Positions 23,311-32,211 of a stretch of 64,000 bases of DNA are shown piece by piece. How positions within the stretch are numbered: the first letter of the stretch is position 1; each line of letters begins with the position of its first letter. The translations under genes and the position numbers were made by a program. Origin of the DNA: Pirellulales bacterium (GTDB lineage: Bacteria > Planctomycetota > Planctomycetia > Pirellulales > PALSA-1355); assembly GCA_963733035.1 (NCBI GenBank), contig CAVTBU010000007.1, positions 352,001 to 416,000 of the forward strand, read 5' to 3'. Below the pieces are notes generated by a model. That model had not been told where the DNA came from. It made no database searches and worked only from the letters and a program-made list of their open reading frames with translations.

Positions 23311-24321
23311 TCACTCGGCGGTCGGCTCGAAAGCTTCCTGCTCAGAATCGTCGGCCAGCTGGCCTTCCAGGAACACGCCCATCTGGCGGAACTTGTCGTA
23401 CCGCTTTTCGACCAGCGCGTCGGGCTTTTGGCCAACCAGTTCCTTGAGGCAGCGAACAAGGTACATCTTCATCCGGGCTGCCATCTGGTGATGGTCGCGA
23501 TGGGCGCCTCCCAGCGGCTCCTCGATCACGTCGTCGACCACCCCCAACTCGAGCAGATGCTTGCTGGTCATCTTCAGGGCCGCGGCCGCCTGCTCGGCGT
23601 AGGTGTGGCTCTTCCAGAGAATGCCGGCGCAGCCCTCGGGGCTGATCACCGAGTAGTAGGCGTGCTCGAGCATGGCCACCTTGTCGCCGACGCCGATGCC
23701 CAGCGCACCGCCCGATCCGCCCTCGCCAATCACGATGCAGATGACCGGCGTCGGCAGCCGCGACATCTCAAACAGGTTTTGGGCGATCACCTGGGCCTGG
23801 CCTCGCTCCTCGGCGCCGATACCCGGATAGGCTCCCGGTGTGTCGATGAAGCAGATGACCGGCAATTGGTACTTCGCGGCCAGCTTCATTTTGGCCAGCG
23901 CTTTGCGATAGCCCTCGGGATGGGCGCAGCCGTGGTAACAGGCGATGCGCTCCTTGGTGGTCCGGCCTTTCTGATGGCCGACGACCATTACCTTATAACC
24001 TTCGAGCTTGGCGAAGCCGGTCCGCATGGCCCGATCGTCGCCGAAGAACTTGTCGCCGTGCAATTCGACGAACTCGTCGAACACCAGGTTCAAGTAGTCG
24101 ACCGTCATGGGCCGATCGGAGTGCCGCGCCACCTGCACCGTTTCCCAGGGCGCGAGGTTCGCGTACACGCGCTTCTTGGTGTCGGCCAGATCGCGCTTCA
24201 AGCGCCTGACGTCTTCGTGCGCGGCCAGGTCATCGGCCGGGGCATCTTCAAGTTGCTGCAGCTGCGATTCCAGTTCGTAGATCGGCTGCTCAAACGCCAG
24301 GCGATGGTTGGCTGTGGCCAT
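23311..24321 (-). CDS. accA: Acetyl-CoA carboxylase carboxyltransferase alpha subunit
   Basis: ARHSDRP, ELHGD, GHQKGR, DTPGAYPGIGAEERGQ, GEGGSGGAL, YSVISPEG. Confidence 0.97.
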   Translation of the reverse strand: MATANHRLAFEQPIYELESQLQQLEDAPADDLAAHEDVRRLKRDLADTKKRVYANLAPWETVQVARHSDRPMTVDYLNLVFDEFVELHGDKFFGDDRAMRTGFAKLEGYKVMVVGHQKGRTTKERIACYHGCAHPEGYRKALAKMKLAAKYQLPVICFIDTPGAYPGIGAEERGQAQVIAQNLFEMSRLPTPVICIVIGEGGSGGALGIGVGDKVAMLEHAYYSVISPEGCAGILWKSHTYAEQAAAALKMTSKHLLELGVVDDVIEEPLGGAHRDHHQMAARMKMYLVRCLKELVGQKPDALVEKRYDKFRQMGVFLEGQLADDSEQEAFEPTAE

Positions 24322-24470
24322 ATCTGTTGATCCCCGTCTGAAACGTGATTGCTTGGCCGGCGGTCGTTTCTTCCCGGTCAATCGGGAGGCACGCTAGCAT
24401 TGCCAGCATGTCAACACGGCGCTTCGCTCCACTTGGCTTCTTATCTTACATCGACGCCGCGACCGCTTCA

Positions 24471-25355
24471 TCATTTGCCCGCGGCCGGCTTCTGCACGGC
24501 TGGCGGGATCTTGAAAATCGGCCGCATCTGCATTTCGGTCAGAAAATCGCCCATCGTCTGCGGGCGATCTTCGGGCTTTTTCGCCAGCGATGCCTTCAAT
24601 AGCGCCCCAAAATCCTCGGTTATGTTGCGATTGCCTGCTTGCACCGGCGGAATCGGCGCCCGCAGGTGCTTGGTGAGCAGGTCGTTCGTGCTAACGCCCG
24701 TGTAAGGTGGTTTGCCAGTGAGTAACTCGTAGACGGTGCAGGCGAAGCTGTAAATGTCGGCCCGCTCATCGACGGGTTGGCCCCGAATCTGTTCCGGCGA
24801 CATGTAGCTTCGCGTGCCTTGGATTTTCGACTTGCCGGAAAACAGCCTCGCCAGTCCCCCCTTGCGTTTGGTGGCCAGGGCGAAGTCGATCAGCTTCACG
24901 TTGCCCGCATCGTCCATGAGAAAATTGTCGGGCTTAATATCGCGATGAACCCAGCCCGTCGAATGAAAATAAGCCAGGCCTTCGGCCGCCTGGCGAATGC
25001 ACTCGTTTGCCAGCGGTGCTAGTGCGTCGACTCCTTGCACGATTCGCTGCTTCAGATTCGGTGACTGAAACAGCTCCATCACCAGGTAGACGTTCTGTTT
25101 GTCGCGCCCAAAGTTGTAAACATGAATGACTTGCGGATGATCAAATCCGCGTCCGACCTCATATTCATGCTTCAGGAAGGCCACCTCTTCCTTATTTCGG
25201 GCGGCATCGCCAGCGAGCAGCTTCATGGCCAGCCGCTCGCCCGTGGAGTCGTTGGCCACGTCGAAAACTTCGCAGCTTTTGCCAGCGCGAATCAGATTGA
25301 TGAGCCGGTAGGAACCGACAAACTCTTGTGCCACGGACCCGAAATCCCGAACCAA
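24471..25355 (-). CDS. Hanks-type Ser/Thr protein kinase (cytoplasmic, kinase domain only)
   Basis: AMK, HRDIKPDN, IDFALA, GTRSYMSPEQ, DIYS. Confidence 0.92.
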   Translation of the reverse strand: MVRDFGSVAQEFVGSYRLINLIRAGKSCEVFDVANDSTGERLAMKLLAGDAARNKEEVAFLKHEYEVGRGFDHPQVIHVYNFGRDKQNVYLVMELFQSPNLKQRIVQGVDALAPLANECIRQAAEGLAYFHSTGWVHRDIKPDNFLMDDAGNVKLIDFALATKRKGGLARLFSGKSKIQGTRSYMSPEQIRGQPVDERADIYSFACTVYELLTGKPPYTGVSTNDLLTKHLRAPIPPVQAGNRNITEDFGALLKASLAKKPEDRPQTMGDFLTEMQMRPIFKIPPAVQKPAAGK

Positions 25356-26013
25356 CGGCGTACGCAGGGAGCACCCGCTGCACCCTCTCTATTCGCTACC
25401 ATCATATTCTATGACGCATCCTGCGCTGAAGCCCTGTCCGGGGCAGCCCGGCTTCAGAGTTCTCCAGTTCTTCGCTGGCTGCGAATGTATGGCGCAAAAC
25501 CGCCCAAATCCCCCCTGCTCCGTGGCGGTTGCGTTTTATGCCGATTATGCCGCCTATGCCCGGCAAAGCCGTCAAACCGCATGCAGCAAGCTGCTGGCAG
25601 CCGAAACTAGCTTGAGGAGCCCCCTGCTCCGACGAGCACCTTAGGACGTCCGCGGACCGCCGGCATGAGCACACCCGAAAAACCCACCTCCGCAGGCCAG
25701 CCCCCTGCCCCGCCCGGCTTCCAGGTCTGGCCGCTGCACGTCGCCATCGCCAAAGCCTGGCAACAGCAAGTCTCCCGCCAGGCATTCCAACAAGCCCTCG
25801 CCGCCCAACACCTGCCAGACTATTACAGGCGCGTGTTTTCGAGTTGGAGCTAGGCACGATCTTTTGCACACCAGCCATTTCCTCGATCGCCCCGCTAACC
25901 GGGTTGAGGTTGGGTGGCTCTGCCAAACTGAACGCGGCAAGCCACACCGCGATCATAAACAGCACCGTGGCAACGCCACTTCTCTTGCCGTTCATGATGA
26001 GTTCCCCTCCCCT

Positions 26014-26250
26014 TCAGTTATTCTGCGGCGGAGCGTCAGGCGTGCCGAGTGCCGACTTCACCGCTTCGGTCAACTCGCGTCCGCGGAGATCCTTGCCGAT
26101 GACTTTGCCGTCGGGGGCGATTAGGAATGTGGCGGGGATGGCGCGTACACCGTAGTCTTGGCCCACGGCGGCTTGGATTCCGTTGCGGGCCCAAAGTTGT
26201 TTCCAGGTGTAGCCCTCGGCAGTGACGTCGGCCTGCTGGTCGTGGGCCTG
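26014..26250 (-). pseudogene. C-terminal remnant of a TlpA/thioredoxin-like protein
   Basis: YGVRAIPATFLIAPDGKVIGKDLRG present, but no CXXC/WC motif and no credible N-terminus. Confidence 0.55.
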
Positions 26251-26352
26251 CTGGGCTGGCCGGCGAAAGTCGCGGACCGCGACCGCATGATTTCGAGTTG
26301 ATACCGCGGTTTGGCGCGCCTCACGCGTCTGCTGCGGACATGGAATGCCCTT

Positions 26353-26961
26353 ATGAGCGAGGACACCCGCGATTTGACGAGGGGCGCATTGCCTGGCCGG
26401 CGTGCCCTGCCGATTTGGCGGCAAGTACTTCAAACGACGGCAGGCGTCGCCGTTTGGCTTGCCCTGGGTTTCTCTTGGCTATTTGTCCTCTCGCTCTGGA
26501 ATCGCATCACGATCCTTCGCGACAAAGACAATTATCGATCGGAAGCTTTCATCGTCCGCGACGCCGTTTACTTGCCGAACGACGGCGACGAACTGGCTGA
26601 TTCCTATTGGCTCCTAGGCATGGTCGCAAATCGACAGGAGCGGCTGGTTCCAAAACGACGAGGATTGCCACCACCAACCAGCGCCGCCGAACTACTGCAG
26701 CGATACCCGAAAGGAACCGTCGTACCGGTGTACTACAATCCCCGCGCAACGACCACAATCGTCCAAGGTGAAACCCTGCGCGTGATCGAGGCCCACGGCG
26801 ACTTTTGGAACCAAGAAGCCAAACTCCTCCGCAAATTGGCAAGGCTCGTTTTGATTCCGTTCCCCGCCGCGATCGCAGTTTACGTCACGATTCGCTTTTT
26901 CAATCGTCGTCACTTAACGATCGGCCACGTCCAAGGTGAGTCAACCACCGCGGCACGCTGA
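26353..26961 (+). CDS. DUF3592-like membrane protein
   Basis: N- and C-terminal TM segments, YPKGTVVPVYYNP. Confidence 0.55.
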   Translation: MSEDTRDLTRGALPGRRALPIWRQVLQTTAGVAVWLALGFSWLFVLSLWNRITILRDKDNYRSEAFIVRDAVYLPNDGDELADSYWLLGMVANRQERLVPKRRGLPPPTSAAELLQRYPKGTVVPVYYNPRATTTIVQGETLRVIEAHGDFWNQEAKLLRKLARLVLIPFPAAIAVYVTIRFFNRRHLTIGHVQGESTTAAR

Positions 26962-26967
26962 CGCGTT

Positions 26968-27915
26968 TTACTGGCCCTTGAGGTTGACGGCGAACATTTC
27001 GTTGATGATCCCGTCGGGGTCGGCGACAAACATGATTTCGACGGGCATGCTTCCCACGGCGGTCGGCGGCAGATCGATCTTTGCGCCGCGCGACTCGACG
27101 AACGCTTGTGCAGTTTGCGCGTCCTTGACGTGATACTGAAGATAGCGGTAACCGTACGCGTCCAGGTGACGGCCGGCTCGGTTGGGCAAGTCCTTTCCGA
27201 ACGACCAGAACTTGACGAGCGTCGGCCCAATCTGGAACAAGTAAACCTGGCGCGTAGGATCTCCGGGCATCGGCAAACTCGGCAGCTCGCGCATGCCAAG
27301 CACCTCGCCGTAAAACTGTCGCGACGCTTCCACGTCGGCAACCGTCAGCGCAATTTGCAGGCTCTCCTGCCAATTCTCGGGCCCCTGACCTTCGTGGAAG
27401 AAAAATTCCACCTGATTGCCGTCGGGATCTTCGAGCATGCCGAAGCGGTAGGTGGATCCCGGCAGGGAATTGATCTTTGGCTCCGGGTAACCGCCCGCCT
27501 GCAGCCGTTGTTTGAAGGCCGCCACATCACTAATCGGATAGTTCACCATCCTCAACCCGATCCCTCGTGCTATTCCACCAGGGAATGACCTGGTTGACTC
27601 GACGCCCGGAATGAGCTTGATCTCATGCGTACCGACCCGGAATCGCTCCATGGTGACCGCATGCGGAAAGAAGACGGGTGCCGTCTTCTCGCTGAACCGA
27701 ACCTGCGGCAACGGTTTGAGCCCCAGGACGTCGCCGTAAAACCGCTTCGCCGCCGCCATGTCCTTGACCGTGATCACGACGTTGAGCGACGGCTTGGCCA
27801 AATAATCGCCAATCGATTCGTCGGCCCGGCTCACGCTCGTCAGCACGGTCGCTTCCAACAAACCGAAAAGCAGCGTGCCACTGACCAGCAGACCGAATCG
27901 CATCGCGTAAGTCAC
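26968..27915 (-). CDS. Secreted two-domain VOC/glyoxalase family protein
   Basis: Repeated FYGDVLGL/FYGEVLGM and EDPDGNQVE/ADPDGIINE motifs. Confidence 0.85.
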   Translation of the reverse strand: MTYAMRFGLLVSGTLLFGLLEATVLTSVSRADESIGDYLAKPSLNVVITVKDMAAAKRFYGDVLGLKPLPQVRFSEKTAPVFFPHAVTMERFRVGTHEIKLIPGVESTRSFPGGIARGIGLRMVNYPISDVAAFKQRLQAGGYPEPKINSLPGSTYRFGMLEDPDGNQVEFFFHEGQGPENWQESLQIALTVADVEASRQFYGEVLGMRELPSLPMPGDPTRQVYLFQIGPTLVKFWSFGKDLPNRAGRHLDAYGYRYLQYHVKDAQTAQAFVESRGAKIDLPPTAVGSMPVEIMFVADPDGIINEMFAVNLKGQ

Positions 27916-27985
27916 GCTTAGACCCTCCGATTGCTTGTGTGTTGGCGTTCTACCAATTGGACTTGCATATGGATTGTACCCCCAG

Positions 27986-28060
27986 GAGTGATTAAAGAGT
28001 GATTAAAGGGGGACGCAAGGGGACGCGAACCTTCTCTGGGTGCCTAAAACGTTTGCGTCC
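27986..28060. repeat. REP-like element type A, with short tandem stutters and an imperfect hairpin
   Basis: GAGTGATTAAA x2, GGGGACGC x2; GGACGCGAAC (28021-30) pairs with GTTTGCGTCC (28051-60); AAGGGGACGCGAACCTT recurs at 36077-36093. Confidence 0.7.
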
Positions 28061-28074
28061 GGACATCACTGATT
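28061..28074. repeat. REP-like element type B, inverted copy overlapping the RAYT stop codon
   Basis: GGACATCACTGAT is the reverse complement of ATCAGTGATGTCC at 28774-28786. Confidence 0.75.
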
Positions 28075-28737
28075 TCTGGTTCTTGGGCGACCGGGGCCGC
28101 GCAGGGTGAAACTCAGGCCTAACCGCTCGGCCGTCTCGTGTACCCAGGCGTGATCGCCAAGCGGTCGCCCACGCTGCACGCATTCCCGCAACTGCTGGAG
28201 GACGTCGGGCTGGAAGCTCTGGTTCACGCGCGCCAGCCAATTCGGCGAGCGGCGAACCGGCCATTTAGCCAACGGCGGCACGCCGCTCGGATGAGTACGC
28301 CGCCACAGTCCGCTCCATTGCCATTTCTCGGCCCGGTCGACCAATTTCGCGCGGCGTGGGTTGGCCTCCACATACCGGCACAAGGCCAGGAAGTGCTCGC
28401 CGCTCGAAACGGGGAAGCTTTTGAAGCGCCCCTGGTAAAGGTGCCCGCCGCCCCGACGATGGTAATGCTCGTGATGACGGCGGACGTGCGTCACGCCGAC
28501 CCAACCCAGCCAACGTCCCAAAGCCTCGTTCGTCATTGGCCGCACGACGAGGTGCCAGTGATTCGGCATCACGCAGTAGGTCAGCAGGTCGACCGGATAG
28601 CGGTCCAATCCTTCGGCCAACACGCGTTCGAAGGCCAGATAATCTTCCGGCTTGTGAAACAGCCGCATCCGTCCGTTCCCGCGATTGAGAACGTGATAGA
28701 TCAACCCCGCCTCGATGGCCCGAGCAGTCCGTGGCAT
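28066..28737 (-). CDS. REP-associated tyrosine transposase (RAYT-like HUH/Y1 nuclease)
   Basis: MPRTAR...YHVLNRGNGR, YCVMPNHWHL (HUH), GHLYQGRFKS, RYVEANP, WQWS. Confidence 0.9.
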   Translation of the reverse strand: MPRTARAIEAGLIYHVLNRGNGRMRLFHKPEDYLAFERVLAEGLDRYPVDLLTYCVMPNHWHLVVRPMTNEALGRWLGWVGVTHVRRHHEHYHRRGGGHLYQGRFKSFPVSSGEHFLALCRYVEANPRRAKLVDRAEKWQWSGLWRRTHPSGVPPLAKWPVRRSPNWLARVNQSFQPDVLQQLRECVQRGRPLGDHAWVHETAERLGLSFTLRGPGRPRTRNQ

Positions 28738-28770
28738 CCCAACAAGCTACCCCCGGCAGGTCGCGACCTC

Positions 28771-28786
28771 AATATCAGTGATGTCC
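28771..28786. repeat. REP-like element type B upstream of RAYT (left half, split by IS insertions)
   Basis: AATATCAGTGATGTCC; the motif resumes at 31185 after the two IS. Confidence 0.75.
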
Positions 28787-29729
28787 GGCTCTGTCGAAAA
28801 CCTCTCTTCGTCTGAGGAGCATTATATTGTGTACCAGCGCCTTGAGCATCAACGCGCGGCACTGGCTCCAGTAGGAGTGGGCGTTGACCGACGGGTCGAG
28901 GCGGCGTTTTACCTGGCTGAACACGGTTTCGACCTGGGCACGCTGACGATAGGGCCGGCGTTTTCGCTTGCGCTTGAAGATGCGAGCCATGCGACGACGG
29001 TAATATTGTCGCGGCAGCTTTTTGGTGGGGCGACCGTGCTTGGGCGGGATCAGCGTGCGGGTGTCGAACACGATCCGCGCCGCCTGGTGAATCCACTCCG
29101 CGTCGTAGCCGGCGTCGGCCAGCAGCGTCTTCATCCGCACGCGTCCGCGGGCCTGATCCATCGCTTTCGACCAATGATCAAAGTCGGGGCTCGGCCCCCG
29201 GTGCGGCACCGCTGCCAGGATGAAATGCGAGGAGCAATCACAGACCACGCCCAGCTTGGGAAAGCGGCGGTAGCTGATTGTCCGCCAAACGCCCGCGTTT
29301 TTGCCGGTCGCGGCCCGGCGGCGCACGAAGTAGTTGCTGGCCCGATGGGCCTCGAAGCCGCTGGAGTCGATGGCCGCCAACACGACGGGAGAACTGAGCA
29401 GCGGCGTCTTGCGGGCCCAGTGCACGGTCTCGTCCAACAGACGATTGCAGATCGGCAGCTTCAGCAGTCGCCGACACGCCTTGTGCAGCGTGGTGAAGTC
29501 GGGCGCCGCGCAGCTCGACGATCGACCGCAACGACGGGTCTTCGGCCAGCAAGGCCTCGACTCCACGATAATCAAGCCGAAAGAACTCCTTCAGCACCAG
29601 GCAGGCGAACAACTGATGCTGGGTGAACTTCTTCGGGCTGCACGGATGACTATAGGCCGGCAGCACCCGCTGCGCGATGCGATACGCGGTGCGCAACACT
29701 CGACTGGGAGACTTGCTCGTACGTGCCAC
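28775..29729 (-). CDS. DDE transposase (frameshift near 29510); stop codon supplied by target DNA
   Basis: PKKFTQHQL...DYR, APDFTTL, AIDSSG, LADAGYD, YRQRAQVETVFS. Confidence 0.85.
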
Positions 29730-29793
29730 ATCTATCGCTACGCACGCCGTCGCGATAGCGGACTAAGCTAGCGGGGGAGTTTTCGACAGAGCC
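28787..29793 (-). mobile_element. IS5/IS4-like (DDE_Tnp_1) insertion sequence, 1007 bp
   Basis: 15-bp perfect IR GGCTCTGTCGAAAAC (28787-28801 / 29779-29793); 10-bp TSD AGTGATGTCC, right copy split by IS3. Confidence 0.88.
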
Positions 29794-29860
29794 AGTGACC
29801 TTCCCCACGATTCGTGGGCGCGCGACAGAACTGGCATAATGCCGGTGAAAGGAGCGTGTT

Positions 29861-30142
29861 ATGGGTCGTCGAGTGTATTCGCGTGAGTTCAAGGTGTCGG
29901 CGGTCAAGTTGGTGAACCAGCAGGGCTATACGGTCGTGGAGGCGGCCAAGAGCCTGGGCGTGGACGCCGCCTCGATCCGCAATTGGCTGAAGAAGTTCGG
30001 GCCGGAAGTGGGCGTCAGCGCGAGCGGTGACTCGGCTTTGCGGGCGGAACTGCGGCGGCTGCGGGAGGAGAACAAGCGGCTCCTCATGGAGCGTGAGATT
30101 TTAAAAAAAGCGACGGCCTTCTTCGCCAAGCACCAGCCCTGA
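29861..30142 (+). CDS. IS3 OrfA (HTH)
   Basis: RRVYSREFK...ILKKATAFFAK; slippery A7G at 30103-30110. Confidence 0.92.
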   Translation: MGRRVYSREFKVSAVKLVNQQGYTVVEAAKSLGVDAASIRNWLKKFGPEVGVSASGDSALRAELRRLREENKRLLMEREILKKATAFFAKHQP

Positions 30143-31146
30143 GATTCGCGTTCATCAAGGATCACATGCGGGAGTTTCCGGTGAACGTGATGTGCCGAGT
30201 TTTGCAGGTAACCAGGAGCGGTTACTACGCCTGGTGGAAGCGTGCGCCGAGCGTAACCGCCGAGCGGCGGGCGAAGCTGACCGACCAGATCCGCCGCGTG
30301 CACGAGCGGAGCCGCGCGGTGTACGGCTCGCCGCGCGTGCATCGCGACCTGATCGCAGAAGACGTTCGCTGCTCGAAGAACACGGTGGCCAAGCTGATGC
30401 GTGCCGCCGGTCTGCGTTCGAAAATGCATCGCCGGTTCCGCGTCCGGACGACCGAAAGCCGTCACGCCCATCCGATCGCTCCGAACCGGCTGAATCGGGC
30501 GTTTTACCAGCCGCAGCCCGATCGGGCCTGGGCGGCCGACATCACGTACGTCCGCACGGCCGAGGGCTGGTTGTACTTGGCGGTGGTGATCGACTTGTGT
30601 TCGCGGAAGATCGTGGGCTGGGCCACCAGCGATTCGCTGGCTGCGGACTTGTGCTTGCGGGCGCTGCGGTTGGCGATCGAGCAGCGGCGGCCGCAGAACG
30701 AGGTGTTGCATCACAGCGATCGGGGCGTGCAGTACGCCTGCGACGACTACCAGGGCTTGCTCACGCGGTATGGCCTGCAAGCCAGCATGAGTCGCCGTGG
30801 CAACTGCTACGACAATGCCGTCGCGGAAAGCTTCTTCGGCACGCTGAAGACGGAGCTGGTGTATCACGAACAGTACACGACTCAAGAGGTCGCTCGACAA
30901 AGCCTGTTTGAATACATCGAAGTGTTCTACAATCGTCGTCGGAGTCATTCGTCGCTGGGGCACTTGAGCCCGGTGGAGTACGAAGAAAGCCTCGCCAGCG
31001 GCGCCCCAGCCTTCCGGCGGACTCTGGCAGATACCGCTCTCCAAGCATCATCCGCCCACGAGCACCGCGACCGCGCAAGACCCGCGAAGGGTCTCGCGGG
31101 TCGCCAACCCAATACCCCAAACTCAAACCCAATGTCCAACAAATAA
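30103..31146 (+). CDS. IS3 OrfB (DDE integrase domain), reached by -1 programmed frameshift
   Basis: YGSPR, WAADITY, HHSDRGVQY, DNAVAESFFGTLKTE. Confidence 0.92.
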   Translation, partial: KKSDGLLRQAPALRFAFIKDHMREFPVNVMCRVLQVTRSGYYAWWKRAPSVTAERRAKLTDQIRRVHERSRAVYGSPRVHRDLIAEDVRCSKNTVAKLMRAAGLRSKMHRRFRVRTTESRHAHPIAPNRLNRAFYQPQPDRAWAADITYVRTAEGWLYLAVVIDLCSRKIVGWATSDSLAADLCLRALRLAIEQRRPQNEVLHHSDRGVQYACDDYQGLLTRYGLQASMSRRGNCYDNAVAESFFGTLKTELVYHEQYTTQEVARQSLFEYIEVFYNRRRSHSSLGHLSPVEYEESLASGAPAFRRTLADTALQASSAHEHRDRARPAKGLAGRQPNTPNSNPMSNK

Positions 31147-31181
31147 CCCCACAGCGCGCCCACCAAACGTGGGTAGGTTCA

Positions 31182-31227
31182 CAGTGATGTCCCTTTTTCT
31201 TCTCCAGTGATGTCCCTTTTTCTTCTC
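31182..31227. repeat. REP type B right half, exact 23-bp tandem duplication
   Basis: CAGTGATGTCCCTTTTTCTTCTC at 31182-31204 and 31205-31227. Confidence 0.9.
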
Positions 31228-31445
31228 CACGTGAAAACAACGGATTCTGTATCCTGGCCGACGATGTATTGACGGATGAACTCTTCAAGTACTTCGCTCG
31301 AGACTGCGCTTGCCGCTCGGTCATGGAGAAGACCTTCCTTATGGAGGTAGTAGCAATACGTACAGTCGATATTGCACCGTGAGCCGATTGGCTTCACGGC
31401 TGCGTGAAAAGCACGGAGCAGCCGGTCAGATACTTGGGGAGCCAT
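31227..31445 (-). pseudogene. 5' fragment of an anaerobic sulfatase maturase-type radical SAM gene, cut at the REP-B repeat
   Basis: KPIGSRCNIDCTYCYYL (CxxxCxxC)...VVFTW, then repeat DNA where (H/Q)GGEP is expected. Confidence 0.85.
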
Positions 31446-31523
31446 TGCAGCAATAAGGGCAAGAACAAGTCATTCTAACCGTGCCGCGTCCATTGCTAAA
31501 GTCCATCATTGTGAATGCGCGAC

Positions 31524-31871
31524 TCACGTCCCAAACCTGTTGAATGCGACCGCCATGACGACCGTTGAGGATACGATGGTGCCAATCAAAGCGATCAGAA
31601 CCGCAGTCGCTACTCTTCCAACAGAATCCTGCGGCAGACAATTGCATAACCATGTGACCATGAAATAGCCGCAAAAGGCTACCAACGGCGGAATATAGAA
31701 AACGACAACGTCCGAGTCAAACAATGAGGACACGTGGATTGTTCTCAAATAATACAACAACACTCCTGCAACAATATGAGCACTTCCGATCAAGACAAAT
31801 CGCGCTAGAAAATACAGCATGTTACTTTTCATCAATGTGGGTAGGCATCGCTTAATTAGTCGGGGTTCCAT
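31524..31871 (-). CDS. Small 3-TM membrane protein, candidate immunity protein (start uncertain: 31871/31832/31820)
   Basis: AT-richer codons, hydrophobic, directly downstream of the toxin-like fragment. Confidence 0.55.
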   Translation of the reverse strand: MEPRLIKRCLPTLMKSNMLYFLARFVLIGSAHIVAGVLLYYLRTIHVSSLFDSDVVVFYIPPLVAFCGYFMVTWLCNCLPQDSVGRVATAVLIALIGTIVSSTVVMAVAFNRFGT

Positions 31872-32211
31872 TCTTTGCTTTCGCCTCCTTTTCGAGCTCT
31901 TTCGCGCGCTCCAGTAGGCTCCGTGCTTCGGTCTTGCAAGTGTTCCATGGCCGCCAACCGTGTTCGTTCTCCTTGATGTTCATTTCCTTGAATGCCTGTT
32001 CCACGAATCGATCAAAGTCCGCATCGCCACGCTTTTCTGTTGCGTTGTCGTTCAAGGCTTCATTGGCAGCAGCTTTATCCTCATCTTGATCAAAGTTCCA
32101 GCCGCGTGGGTTGTCGGTGTTGCCCCAACTATACGTATGTTTAAGCGTGCCGTCTGGATTTGTCGTAAATATGAAGCTATGGCTCAGCTTATTGTAATTC
32201 CATCTTCGCTC
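31852..32211 (-). pseudogene. C-terminal fragment of a putative polymorphic toxin (permuted papain-like H...C order), 5' end cut by IS256
   Basis: Frame stays open up to the IS end: RRWNYNKLSHSFIFTTNPDGTLKHTYSWGN...WNTCKTEAR. Confidence 0.5.

Larger units (their letters stand above)
29796..31181 (+). mobile_element. IS3 family element, 1386 bp
   Basis: TG...CA ends; imperfect IR TGACCTTCCCCACGATTCGTGGGCGCGC vs TGAACCTACCCACGTTTGGTGGGCGCGC; 3-bp TSD CAG (29793-95, 31182-84). Confidence 0.92.

Noticed and set aside
25537..25565. TATGCC repeated three times with 9-nt period upstream of the kinase
   Set aside because: Could be a regulator binding site, but it is too short and degenerate to support.
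25402..25998. Short ORFs 25665-25853 (+) and 25402-25995 (-)
   Set aside because: Overlapping, motif-free and low complexity; cannot tell which, if either, is real.
31182..31227. 23-bp direct repeat as a mini CRISPR array
   Set aside because: No spacers, only two abutting copies, no cas genes; it matches the RAYT-flanking motif.
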